From positions 98,458,001 through 98,522,000 of the forward strand of contig CM059431.1 in the NCBI GenBank assembly GCA_030390025.1: 64,000 nucleotides of DNA, read 5' to 3'. Each line of letters begins with the position of its first letter. Within the stretch, counting starts at the first letter, position 1. Positions 50,501-64,000 of this stretch are shown in pieces. A program made the position numbers and the translations under genes. Origin of the DNA: Squalus acanthias. Lineage: Eukaryota. Under the pieces are notes generated by a model. That model was not told the DNA's origin and did no database searches. It saw only the letters and a list, made by a program, of their open reading frames with translations.

Positions 50501-53500
50501 ATCAGCGTATCTGTCCCCCTAGATCAGTGTATCTGTCCCCCTAGATCAGTGTATCTTTCCCCCTAGATCAGAGTATATGTTCCCCTAGATCAGTGTATCT
50601 GTCCTCTAGATCAGTGTATCTGTCCCCTAGATCAGTGTATCTGTCCCTAGATCAGTGTATCTGTCCCCTAGATCAGTGTATCTGTCCCCTAGATCAGTGT
50701 ATCTGTCCCTAGATCAGTGTATCTGTCCCCCGAGATCAGTGTACCTGTCCCTAGATCAGTGTATCTGTCCCCTAGATCAGTGTATCTGTCCCTAGATCAG
50801 TGTATCTGTCCCCCTAGATCAGTGTATCTGTACCCTAGATCAGAGTATCTGTCCCCTGGATCAGTGTATCTGTCCCCCTAGATCAGAATATCTGTACCCT
50901 CGATCAGTGTATCTGTCCCCTAGATCAGTGTATCTGTCCCCCTAGATCAGAGTATCTGTCCCCTGGATCAGTGTATCTGTCCCCCTAGATCAGAGTATCT
51001 GTCCCGTAGTCAGTGTATCTGTCCCCCTAGATCAGTGTATCTGTCCCCCTAGACCAGTGTATCTATCCCCATAGATCAGTGTATCTTTCCCCCTAGATCA
51101 GAGTATCTGTCCCCCTAGATCAGTGTATCTGTCCTCTAGATCAGTGTATCTGTCCCCTAGATCAGTGTATCTGTCCCCCTAGCTTAGTGTATCTGTCCCC
51201 TAGATCAGTGTATCTGTCCCTAGATCAGTGTATCTGTCCCCCAAGATCAGACTATCTGTCCCCCTAGATCAGAGTATCTGTCCCCATAGATCAGTGTATC
51301 TGTCCCGCTAGATCAGTGTATCTGTCCCGCTAGATCAGTGTATCTGTCCCCCTAGATCAGTGTATCTGTCCCCCTAGATAAGTGTATCTGTCCCCTAGTT
51401 CAGAGTATCTGTCCCCCATATCAGAGTATCTGTCCCCCTAGATCAGAATATCTGTACCCTCGATCAGTGTATCTGTCCCCTAGATCAGAGTATCTGTCCC
51501 CCAGATCAGTGTATCTGTCCCCCTAGACCAGAGTATCTGTCCCCCTAGACCAGAGTATCTGTCCCCCTAGATCAGCGTATCTGTCCCCCTAGATCAGTGT
51601 ATCTGTCCCCCTAGATCAGTGTATCTTTCCCCCTAGATCAGAGTATATGTCCCCCTAGATCAGTGTATCTGTCCTCTAGATCAGTGTATCAGTCCCCTAG
51701 ATCAGTGTATCTGTCCCTCAAGCTTAGTGTATCTGTCCCCTAGATCAGTGTATCTGTCCCTAGATCAGTGTATCTGTCCCCTAGATCAGTGTATCTGTCC
51801 CCTAGATCAGTGTATCTGTCCCCTAGATCAGTGTATCTGTCCCCCGAGATCAGTGTACCTGTCCCCTAGATCAGTGTATCTGTCCCCTAGATCAGTGTAT
51901 CTGTCCCTAGATCAGTGTATCTGTCCCCCTAGATCAGTGTATCTGTACCCTAGATCAGAGTATCTGTCCCCTGGATCAGTGTATCTGTCCCCCTAGATCA
52001 GAATATCTGTACCCTCGATCAGTGTATCTGTCCCCTAGATCAGTGTATCTGTCCCCCTAGATCAGAGTATCTGTCCCCCTAGATCAGAGTATCTGTCTCC
52101 ACTAGATCAGTGTAGTCTGTCACCCTAGAAAGAGGATCCGTCCCCTAGATCAGTGTAATCTGTCCCCCCTAGATCAGTGCATCAGTCCCCTAGATCAGTG
52201 TATCTGTCCCCCACTAGATCCAGAGTATCCTGTCCCCAGATCAGGGTATCAGTCCCCTAGATCAGTGTATCTGTCCCCTAGATCAGTGTATCTGTCCCCC
52301 TAGATCAGTGTATCTGTCCCCTAGATCAGAGTATCTGTCCCCCTAGATCAGTGTATCTCTCCCCCTAGATCAGTGTATCTTTCCCCCTAGATCAGTGTAT
52401 CTGTCCCCCTAGATCAGACTATCTGTCCCCCTAGATCAGAGTATCTGTCCCCCTAGATCAGTGTATCTGTCCCCCTAGATCAGAGTATCTGTCCCGCCAG
52501 ATCAGTGTATCTGTCCCCCTAGATCAGTGTATCTGTCCCCTAGATCAATGTATCTGTCCCCCTAGATCAGACTATCTGTCCCCCAGATCAGTGTATCTGT
52601 CCCCCTAGATCAGTGTATCTGTCCTCTAGATCAGTGTATCTGTCCCCCTAGATCAGAGTATCTGTCCCTCAAGATCAGTGTATCTTTCCCCTAGATCAGT
52701 GTATCTGTCCCCCTAGATCAGTGTATCTGTCCCCCTAGATCAGTGTATCTGTCCCCCTAGATCAGTGTATCTTTGCCCCTAGATCAGTGTATCTGTCCCC
52801 CTAGATCAGACTATCTGTCCCCCTAGATCAGAGTATCTGTCCCCCTAGATCAGTGTATCTGTCCCCCTAGATCAGAGTATCTGTCCCGCTAGATCAGTGT
52901 CTCTGTCCCCCTAGATCAATGTATCTGTCCCACTAGATAAGTGTATCTGTCCCCTAGTTCAGAGTATCTGTCCCCCATATCAGAGTATCTGTCCCCCTAG
53001 ATCAGAATATCTGTACCCTCGATCAGTGTATCTGTCCCCTAGATCAGAGTATCTGTCCCCCTAGATCAGAGTATCTGTCCCCCTAGATAAGTGTATCTGT
53101 CCCCTAGATCAGAGTATCTGTCCCCCATATCAGAGTATCTGTCCCCCTAGATCAGAATATCTGTACCCTCGATCAGTGTATCTGTCCCCTAGATCAGAGT
53201 ATCTGTCCCCCTAGATCAGAGTATCTGTCCCCCTAGACCAGAGTATCTGTCCCCCTAGACCAGAGTATCTGTCCCCCTAGATCAGCGTATCTGTCCCCCT
53301 AGATCAGTGTATCTGTCCCCCTAGATCAGTGTATCTTTCCCCCTAGATCAGAGTATATGTCCCCCTAGATCAGTGTATCTGTCCTCTAGATCAGTGTATC
53401 TGTCCCCTAGATCAGTGTATCTGTCCCCCTAGATCAGTGTATCTGTCCCCTAGATCAGTGTATCTGTCCCCTAGATCAGTGTATCTGTCCCCTAGATCAG

Positions 53501-56500
53501 TGTATCTGTCCCCTAGATCAGTGTATCTGTCCCCTAGATCAGTGTATCTGTCCCCTAGATCAGTGTATCTGTCCCCTAGATCAGTGTATCTGTCCCCTAG
53601 ATCAGCGTATCTGTCCCCCTAGATCAGTGTATCTGTCCCCCTAGATCAGTGTATCTGTCCCCTAGATCAGAGTATCTGTCCCCCTAGATCAGTGTATCTG
53701 TCCTCTAGATCAGTGTATCTGTCCCCTAGATCAGTGTATCTGTCCCCCTAGCTTCAGTGTATCTGTCCCCTAGATCAGTGTATCTGTCCCCTAGATCAGT
53801 GTATCTGTCCCCTAGATCAGTGTATCTGTCCCCTAGATCAGTGTATCTGTCCCCTAGATCAGTGTATCTGTCCCCCGAGATCAGTGTATCTGTCCCTAGA
53901 TCAGTGTATCTGTCCCCTAGATCAGTGTATCTGTCCCTAGATCAGTGTATCTGTCCCCCAAATCAGTGTATCTGTACCCTAGATCAGAGTATCTGTCCCC
54001 TGGATCAGTGTATCTGTCCACCTAGATCAGTGTATCTGTCCCGTAATCAGTGTATCTGTCCCCCTAGATCAGAGTATCTGTCCCCCTAGATCAGTGTATC
54101 TGTCCCCCTAGATCAGTGTATCTGTCCCCCTAGATAAGTGTATCTGTCCCCTAGTTCAGAGTATCTGTCCCCCTATATCAGAGTATCTGTCCCCCTAGAT
54201 CAGAATATCTGTACCCTCGATCAGTGTATCTGTCCCCTAGATCAGTGTATCTGTCCCCTAGATCAGATTATCTTTCCCCCTAGATCAGAGTATCTGTCCC
54301 CCTAGACCAGAGTATCTGTCCCCCTAGACCAGAGTATCTGTCCCCCTAGATCAGAGTATCTGTCCCCCTAAATCAGTGTATCTGTCTCCCTAGATCAGAG
54401 TATCTGTCCCCCTAGATCAGTGTATCTTTCCCCCTAGATCAGTGTATCTGTCCCCCTAGATCAGTGTATCTGTCCCCCTAGATCAGTGTATCTGTCCCCT
54501 AGATCAGTGTATCTTTCCCCCTAGATCAGTGTATCTGTCCCCCTAGATCAGAGTATCTGTCCCCCTAGATCAGAGTATCTGTCCCCCTAGATCAGTGTAT
54601 CTGTCCCCCTAGATCAGAGTATCTGTCTCCCTAGATCAGAGTATCTGTCCCCCTAGATCAGTGTATCTGTCCCCCTAGATCAGAGTATCTGTCCCCCTAG
54701 ATCAGAGTATCTGTCCCCTAGATCAGAGTATCTGTCCCCCTAGATCAGTGTATCTGTCCCCCTAGATCAGTGTATCTGTCCCCCTAGATCAGTGTATCTT
54801 TCCCCCTAGATCAGTGTATCTGTCCCCCTAGATCAGACTATCTGTCCCCCTAGATCAGAGTATCTGTCCCCCTAGATCAGTGTATCTGTCCCCCGAGATT
54901 AGAGTATCTGTCCCGCTAGATCAGTGTATCTGTCCCCCTAGATCAGTGTATCTGTCCCCTAGATCAATGTATCTGTCCCCCTATTTCAGACTATCTGTCC
55001 CCCCAGATCAGTGTATCAGTCCCCCTAGATCAGTGTATCTGTCCTCTAGATCAGTGTATCTGTCCCCCTAGATCAGAGTATCTGTCCCCCAAGATCAGTG
55101 TATCTTTCCCCCTAGATCAGTGTATCTGTCCCCCTAGATCAGTGTATCTGTCCCCCTAGATCAGTGTATCTTTGCCCCTAGATCAGTGTATCTGTCCCCC
55201 TAGATCAGACTATCTGTCCCCCTAGATCAGAGTATCTGTCCCCCTAGATCAGTGTATCTGTCCCCCTAGATCAGTGTATCTGTCCCACTAGATAAGTGTA
55301 TCTGTCCCCTAGTTCAGAGTATCTGTCCCCCATATCAGAGTATCTGTCCCCCTAGATCAGAATATCTGTACCCTCGATCAGTGTATCTGTCCCCTAGATC
55401 AGAGTATCTGTCCCCCTAGATCAGAGTATCTGTCCCCCTAGATAAGTGTATCTGTCCCCTAGATCAGAGTATCTGTCCCCCATATCAGAGTATCTGTCCC
55501 CCTAGATCAGAATATCTGTACCCTCGATCAGTGTATCTGTCCCCTAGATCAGAGTATCTGTCCCCCTAGATCAGAGTATCTGTCCCCCTAGACCAGAGTA
55601 TCTGTCCCCCTAGACCAGAGTATCTGTCCCCCTAGATCAGCGTATCTGTCCCCCTAGATCAGTGTATCTGTCCCCCTAGATCAGTGTATCTTTCCCCCTA
55701 GATCAGAGTATATGTCCCCCTAGATCAGTGTATCTGTCCTCTAGATCAGTGTATCTGTCCCCTAGATCAGTGTATCTGTCCCCCTAGCTTAGTGTATCTG
55801 TCCCCTAGATCAGTGTATCTGTCCCTAGATCAGTGTATCTGTCCCCTAGATCAGTGTATCAGTCCCCTAGATCAGTGTATCTGTCCCTAGATCAGTGTAT
55901 CTGTCCCCCGAGATCAGTGTATCTGTCCCTAGATCAGTGTATCTGTCCCCTAGATCAGTGTATCTGTCCCTAGATCAGTGTATCTGTCCCCCAAATCAGT
56001 GTATCTGTACCCTAGATCAGAGTATCTGTCCACCTAGATCAGTGTATCTGTCCCGTAGTCAGTGTATCTGTCCCCCTAGATCAGAGTATCTGTCCCCCTA
56101 GATCAGTGTATCTGTCCCCCTAGATAAGTGTATCTGTCCCCTAGTTCAGAGTATCTGTCCCCCTATATCAGAGTATCTGTCCCCCTAGATCAGAATATCT
56201 GTACTCTCGATCAGTGTATCTGTCCCCTAGATCAGTGTATCTGTCCCCTAGATCAGATTATCTGTCCCGCTAGATCAGAGTATCTGTCCCCCTAGACCAG
56301 AGTATCTGACCCCTAGACCAGAGTATCTGTCCCCCTAGATCAGAGTATCTGTCCCCCTAGATCAGTGTATCTGTCTCCCTAGATCAGAGTATCTGTCCCC
56401 CTAGATCAGTGTATCTTTCCCCCTAGATCAGTGTATCTGTCCCCCTAGATCAGTGTATCTGTCCCCCTAGATCAGTGTATCTGTCCCCTAGATCAGTGTA

Positions 56501-59500
56501 TCTTTCCCCCTAGATCAGTGTATCTGTCCCCTAGATCAGACTATCTGTCCCCTAGATCAGTGTATCTTTCCCCCTCGATCAGTGTATCTGTCCGCTAGAT
56601 CAGTGTATCTTTCCCCCTAGATCAGTGTATCTTTCCCCCTAGATCAGTGTATCTGTCCCCCTAGATCAGTGTATCTGTCCCCCTAGATCAGTGTATCTGT
56701 CCCCCTAGATCAGTGTATCTTTCCCCCTAGATCAGTGTATCTGTCCCCCTCGATCAGACTATCTGTCCCCCTAGATCAGAGTATCTGTCCCCCTAGATCA
56801 GTGTATCTGTCCCCCTAGATCAGAGTATCTGTCCTGCTAGATCAGTGTATCTGTCCCCCTAGATCAGTGTATCTGTCCCCTAGATCAATGTATCTGTCCC
56901 CCTAGATCAGACTATCTGTCCCCCCAGATCAGTGTATCTGTCCCCCTAGATCAGAGTATCTGTCCCCCTAGATCAGTGTATCTGTCCCCCTAGATCAGTG
57001 TATCTGTCCCCCTAGATCAGAGTATATGTCCCCCTAGATCAGTGTATCTGTCCTCTAGATCAGTGTATCTGTCCCCTAGATCAGTGTATCTGTCCCCCTA
57101 GATCAGACTATCTGTCCCCCTAGATCAGAGTATCTGTCCCCCTAGATCAGACTATCTGTCCCCCTAGATCAGAGTATCTGTCCCCCTAGATCAGTGTATC
57201 TTTCCCCCTAGATCAGTGTATCTGTCCCCCTAGATCAGTGTATCTGTCCCCCTAGATCAGTGTATCTCTCCCCCTAGATCAGTGTATCTTTCCCCCTAGA
57301 TCAGTGTATCTGTCCCCCTAGATCAGACTATCTGTCCCCTAGATCAGAGTATCTGTCCCCCTAGATCAGTGTATCTGTCCCCCTAGATCAGAGTATCTGT
57401 CCCGCCAGATCAGTGTATCTGTCCCCCTAGATCAGTGTATCTGTCCCCTAGATCAATGTATCTGTCCCCCTAGATCAGACTATCTGTCCCCCCAGATCAG
57501 TGTATCTGTCCCCCTAGATCAGTGTATCTGTCCTCTAGATCAGTGTATCTGTCCCCCTAGATCAGAGTATCTGTCCCTCAAGATCAGTGTATCTTTCCCC
57601 CTAGATCAGTGTATCTGTCCCCCTAGATCAGTGTATCTGTCCCCCTAGATCAGTGTATCTGTCCCCCTAGATCAGTGTATCTTTGCCCCTAGATCAGTGT
57701 ATCTGTCCCCCTAGATCAGACTATCTGTCCCCCTAGATCAGAGTATCTGTCCCCCTAGATCAGTGTATCTGTCCCCCTAGATCAGAGTATCTGTCCCGCT
57801 AGATCAGTGTCTCTGTCCCCCTAGATCAATGTATCTGTCCCACTAGATAAGTGTATCTGTCCCCTAGTTCAGAGTATCTGTCCCCCATATCAGAGTATCT
57901 GTCCCCCTAGATCAGAATATCTGTACCCTCGATCAGTGTATCTGTCCCCTAGATCAGAGTATCTGTCCCCCTAGATCAGAGTATCTGTCCCCCTAGATAA
58001 GTGTATCTGTCCCCTAGATCAGAGTATCTGTCCCCAATATCAGAGTATCTGTCCCCCTAGATCAGAATATCTGTACCCTCGATCAGTGTATCTGTCCCCT
58101 AGATCAGAGTATCTGTCCCCCTAGATCAGAGTATCTGTCCCCCTAGACCAGAGTATCTGTCCCCCTAGACCAGAGTATCTGTCCCCCTAGATCAGCGTAT
58201 CTGTCCCCCTAGATCAGTGTATCTGTCCCCCTAGATCAGTGTATCTTTCCCCCTAGATCAGAGTATCTGTCCCCTAGATCAGTGTATCTGTCCTCTAGAT
58301 CAGTGTATCTGTCCCCTAGATCAGTGTATCTGTCCCCTAGCTTAGTGTATCTGTCCCCTAGATCAGTGTATCTGTCCCTAGATCAGTGTATCTGTCCCTA
58401 GATCAGTGTATCAGTCCCCTAGATCAGTGTATCTGTCCCTAGATCAGTGTATCTGTCCCCCGAGATCAGTGTATCTGTCCCTAGATCAGTGTATCTGTCC
58501 CCTAGATCAGTGTTTCTGTCCCTAGATCAGTGTATCTGTCCCCCAAATCAGTGTATCTGTACCCTAGATCAGAGTATCTGTCCACCTAGATCAGTGTATC
58601 TGTCCCGTAGTCAGTGTATCTGTCCCCCTAGATCAGAGTATCTGTCCCCCTAGATCAGTGTATCTGTCCCCCTAGATAAGTGTATCTGTCCCCTAGTTCA
58701 GAGTATCTGTCCCCCATATCAGAGTATCTGTCCCCCGAGATCAGTGTATCTGTACCCTCGATCAGTGTATCTGTCCCCTAGATCAGTGTATCTGTCCCTA
58801 GATCAGATTATCTGTCCCCCTAGATCAGAGTATCTGTCCCCCTAGATCAGAGTATCTGTCCCCCTAGACCAGAGTATCTGTCCCCCTAGATCAGAGTATC
58901 TGTCCCCCTAGATCAGTGTATCTGTCTCCCTAGATCAGAGTATCTGTCCCCCTAGATCAGTGTATCTTTCCCCCTAGATCAGTGTATCTGTCCCCCTAGA
59001 TCAGTGTATCTGTCCCCCTAGATCAGTGTATCTGTCCCCTAGATCAGTGTATCTTTCCCCCTAGATCAGTGTATCTGTCCCCCTAGATCAGACTATCTGT
59101 CCCCTAGATCAGTGTATCTTTCCCCCTAGATCAGTGTATCTGTCCCCTAGATCAGTGTATCTTTCCCCCTAGATCAGTGTATCTTTCCCCCTAGATCAGT
59201 GTATCTGTCCCCCTAGATCAGTGTATCTGTCCCCCTAGATCAGTGTATCTGTCCCCCTAGATCAGTGTATCTTTCCCCCTAGATCAGTGTATCTGTCCCC
59301 CTAGATCAGACTATCTGTCCCCCTAGATCAGAGTATCTGTCCCCCTAGATCAGTGTATCTGTCCCCCTAGATCAGAGTATCTGTCCTGCTAGATCAGTGT
59401 ATCTGTCCCCCTAGATCAGTGTATCTGTCCCCTAGATCAATGTATCTGTCCCCCTATTTCAGACTATCTGTCCCCCCAGATCAGTGTATCAGTCCCCCTA

Positions 59501-62500
59501 GATCAGTGTATCTGTCCTCTAGATCAGTGTATCTGTCCCCCTAGATCAGAGTATCTGTCCCCCAAGATCAGTGTATCTTTCCCCCTAGATCAGTGTATCT
59601 GTCCCCCTAGATCAGTGTATCTGTCCCCCTAGATCAGTGTATCTTTGCCCCTAGATCAGTGTATCTGTCCCCCTAGATCAGACTATCTGTCCCCCTAGAT
59701 CAGAGTATCTGTCCCCCTAGATCAGTGTATCTGTCCCCCTAGATCAGTGTATCTGTCCCACTAGATAAGTGTATCTGTCCCCTAGTTCAGAGTATCTGTC
59801 CCCCATATCAGAGTATCTGTCCCCCTAGATCAGAATATCTGTACCCTCGATCAGTGTATCTGTCCCCTAGATCAGAGTATCTGTCCCCCTAGATCAGAGT
59901 ATCTGTCCCCCTAGATAAGTGTATCTGTCCCCTAGATCAGAGTATCTGTCCCCCATATCAGAGTATCTGTCCCCCTAGATCAGAATATCTGTACCCTCGA
60001 TCAGTGTATCTGTCCCCTGGATCAGAGTATCTGTCCCCCTAGATCAGAGTATCTGTCCCCCTAGACCAGAGTATCTGTCCCCCTAGACCAGAGTATCTGT
60101 CCCCCTAGATCAGCGTATCTGTCCCCCTAGATCAGTGTATCTGTCCCCCTAGATCAGTGTATCTTTCCCCCTAGATCAGAGTATATGTCCCCCTAGATCA
60201 GTGTATCTGTCCTCTAGATCAGTGTATCTGTCCCCTAGATCAGTGTATCTGTCCCCCTAGCTTAGTGTATCTGTCCCCTAGATCAGTGTATCTGTCCCTA
60301 GATCAGTGTATCTGTCCCTAGATCAGTGTATCAGTCCCCTAGATCAGTGTATCTGTCCCTAGATCAGTGTATCTGTCCCCCGAGATCAGTGTATCTGTCC
60401 CTAGATCAGTGTATCTGTCCCCTAGATCAGTGTATCTGTCCCTAGATCAGTGTATCTGTCCCCCAAATCAGTGTATCTGTACCCTAGATCAGAGTATCTG
60501 TCCACCTAGATCAGTGTATCTGTCCCGTAGTCAGTGTATCTGTCCCCCTAGATCAGAGTATCTGTCCCCCTAGATCAGTGTATCTGTCCCCCTAGATAAG
60601 TGTATCTGTCCCCTAGTTCAGAGTATCTGTCCCCCTATATCAGAGTATCTGTCCCCCTAGATCAGAATATCTGTACTCTCGATCAGTGTATCTGTCCCCT
60701 AGATCAGTGTATCTGTCCCCTAGATCAGATTATCTGTCCCGCTAGATCAGAGTATCTGTCCCCCTAGACCAGAGTATCTGACCCCTAGACCAGAGTATCT
60801 GTCCCCCTAGATCAGAGTATCTGTCCCCCTAGATCAGTGTATCTGTCTCCCTAGATCAGAGTATCTGTCCCCCTAGATCAGTGTATCTTTCCCCCTAGAT
60901 CAGTGTATCTGTCCCCCTAGATCAGTGTATCTGTCCCCCTAGATCAGTGTATCTGTCCCCTAGATCAGTGTATCTTTCCCCCTAGATCAGTGTATCTGTC
61001 CCCTAGATCAGACTATCTGTCCCCTAGATCAGTGTATCTTTCCCCCTCGATCAGTGTATCTGTCCGCTAGATCAGTGTATCTTTCCCCCTAGATCAGTGT
61101 ATCTTTCCCCCTAGATCAGTGTATCTGTCCCCCTAGATCAGTGTATCTGTCCCCCTAGATCAGTGTATCTGTCCCCCTAGATCAGTGTATCTTTCCCCCT
61201 AGATCAGTGTATCTGTCCCCCTCGATCAGACTATCTGTCCCCCTAGATCAGAGTATCTGTCCCCCTAGATCAGTGTATCTGTCCCCCTAGATCAGAGTAT
61301 CTGTCCTGCTAGATCAGTGTATCTGTCCCCCTAGATCAGTGTATCTGTCCCCTAGATCAATGTATCTGTCCCCCTAGATCAGACTATCTGTCCCCCCAGA
61401 TCAGTGTATCTGTCCCCCTAGATCAGAGTATCTGTCCCCCTAGATCAGTGTATCTGTCCCCCTAGATCAGTGTATCTGTCCCCCTAGATCAGAGTATATG
61501 TCCCCCTAGATCAGTGTATCTGTCCTCTAGATCAGTGTATCTGTCCCCTAGATCAGTGTATCTGTCCCCCTAGATCAGACTATCTGTCCCCCTAGATCAG
61601 AGTATCTGTCCCCCTAGATCAGACTATCTGTCCCCCTAGATCAGAGTATCTGTCCCCCTAGATCAGTGTATCTTTCCCCCTAGATCAGTGTATCTGTCCC
61701 CCTAGATCAGTGTATCTGTCCCCCTAGATCAGTGTATCTCTCCCCCTAGATCAGTGTATCTTTCCCCCTAGATCAGTGTATCTGTCCCCCTAGATCAGAC
61801 TATCTGTTCCCCTAGATCAGAGTATCTGTCCCCCTAGATCAGTGTATCTGTCCCCCTAGATCAGAGTATCTGTCACGCCAGATCAGTGTATCTGTCCCCC
61901 TAGATCAGTGTATCTGTCCCCTAGATCAATGTATCTGTCCCCCTAGATCAGACTATCTGTCCCCCCAGATCAGTGTATCTGTCCCCCTAGATCAGTGTAT
62001 CTGTCCTCTAGATCAGTGTATCTGTCCCCCTAGATCAGAGTATCTGTCCCTCAAGATCAGTGTATCTTTCCCCCTAGATCAGTGTATCTGTCCCCCTAGA
62101 TCAGTGTATCTGTCCCCCTAGATCAGTGTATCTGTCCCCCTAGATCAGTGTATCTTTGCCCCTAGATCAGTGTATCTGTCCCCCTAGATCAGACTATCTG
62201 TCCCCCTAGATCAGAGTATCTGTCCCCCTAGATCAGTGTATCTGTCCCCCTAGATCAGAGTATCTGTCCCGCTAGATCAGTGTCTCTGTCCCCCTAGATC
62301 AATGTATCTGTCCCACTAGATAAGTGTATCTGTCCCCTAGTTCAGAGTATCTGTCCCCCATATCAGAGTATCTGTCCCCCTAGATCAGAATATCTGTACC
62401 CTCGATCAGTGTATCTGTCCCCTAGATCAGAGTATCTGTCCCCCTAGATCAGAGTATCTGTCCCCCTAGATAAGTGTATCTGTCCCCTAGATCAGAGTAT

Positions 62501-64000
62501 CTGTCCCCAATATCAGAGTATCTGTCCCCCTAGATCAGAATATCTGTACCCTCGATCAGTGTATCTGTCCCCTAGATCAGAGTATCTGTCCCCCTAGATC
62601 AGAGTATCTGTCCCCCTAGACCAGAGTATCTGTCCCCCTAGACCAGAGTATCTGTCCCCCTAGATCAGCGTATCTGTCCCCCTAGATCAGTGTATCTGTC
62701 CCCCTAGATCAGTGTATCTTTCCCCCTAGATCAGAGTATATGTTCCCCTAGATCAGTGTATCTGTCCTCTAGATCAGTGTATCTGTCCCCTAGATCAGTG
62801 TATCTGTCCCCCTAGCTTAGTGTATCTGTCCCCTAGATCAGTGTATCTGTCCCTAGATCAGTGTATCTGTCCCTAGATCAGTGTATCAGTCCCCTAGATC
62901 AGTGTATCTGTCCCTAGATCAGTGTATCTGTCCCCCGAGATCAGTGTATCTGTCCCTAGATCAGTGTATCTGTCCCCTAGATCAGTGTTTCTGTCCCTAG
63001 ATCAGTGTATCTGTCCCCCAAATCAGTGTATCTGTACCCTAGATCAGAGTATCTGTCCACCTAGATCAGTGTATCTGTCCCGTAGTCAGTGTATCTGTCC
63101 CCCTAGATCAGAGTATCTGTCCCCCTAGATCAGTGTATCTGTCCCCCTAGATAAGTGTATCTGTCCCCTAGTTCAGAGTATCTGTCCCCCTATATCAGAG
63201 TATCTGTCCCCCGAGATCAGAATATCTGTACCCTCGATCAGTGTATCTGTCCCCTAGATCAGTGTATCTGTCCCCTAGATCAGATTATCTGTCCCCCTAG
63301 ATCAGAGTATCTGTCCCCCTAGATCAGAGTATCTGTCCCCCTAGACCAGAGTATCTGTCCCCCTAGATCAGAGTATCTGTCCCCCTAGATCAGTGTATCT
63401 GTCTCCCTAGATCAGAGTATCTGTCCCCCTAGATCAGTGTATCTTTCCCCCTAGATCAGTGTATCTGTCCCCCTAGATCAGTGTATCTGTCCCCCTAGAT
63501 CAGTGTATCTGTCCCCTAGATCAGTGTATCTTTCCCCCTAGATCAGTGTATCTGTCCCCCTAGATCAGACTATCTGTCCCCTAGATCAGTGTATCTTTCC
63601 CCCTAGATCAGTGTATCTGTCCCCTAGATCAGTGTATCTTTCCCCCTAGATCAGTGTATCTTTCCCCCTAGATCAGTGTATCTGTCCCCCTAGATCAGTG
63701 TATCTGTCCCCCTAGATCAGTGTATCTGTCCCCCTAGATCAGTGTATCTTTCCCCCTAGATCAGTGTATCTGTCCCCCTAGATCAGACTATCTGTCCCCC
63801 TAGATCAGAGTATCTGTCCCCCTAGATCAGTGTATCTGTCCCCCTAGATCAGAGTATCTGTCCCCGCTAGATCAGTGTATCTGTCCCCCTAGATCAGTGT
63901 ATCTGTCCCCTAGATCAATGTATCTGTCCCCCTAGATCAGACTATCTGTCCCCCTAGATCAGAGTATCTGTCCCCTAGATCAGTGTATCTGTCCCCCTAG
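41512..64000. repeat. Satellite DNA, unit TAGATCAGTGTATCTGTC(3-5), 20-22 bp, about 1000 units, running off the window end
   Basis: Directly visible over >22 kb. Confidence 0.99.

Noticed and set aside
41775..63128. SPRSVYL-repeat ORFs
   Set aside because: Chance runs of 21-bp satellite units; used only as markers of higher-order repeats.
41512..64000. Telomere or proven centromere
   Set aside because: No TTAGGG repeats, and centromeric function cannot be read from sequence alone.

Overview
Eukaryotic, repeat-rich vertebrate DNA. The retroposon families (SacSINE1-like DeuSINE, CR1, L2) point to a cartilaginous fish, which is an inference. Bases 230-37984 hold the last 22 coding exons of a type IV collagen alpha chain gene on the + strand. 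All 21 complete introns are GT-AG, the exons splice into one open frame (2666 nt including TAA) and encode the C-terminal Gly-X-Y region plus the full NC1 domain. Diagnostic NC1 residues favour col4a5, but one exon/interruption and several 3'UTR blocks look COL4A1-like. A probable ~3.1 kb 3'UTR follows, carrying miR-29 and other seed sites. From ~41512 to the window end (>22 kb) is a 20-22 bp satellite with ~4.5 kb higher-order repeats. The most notable observation is that all three longer-unit tandem-repeat families here (22 bp, 33 bp, 30 bp) trace to short internal segments of retroposons (CR1 ORF2 and two SINE families). There is no prokaryotic system or CRISPR array. Most ORFs in the supplied track are repeat-derived artefacts. 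Comparisons with human genes are from memory and need alignment to confirm.
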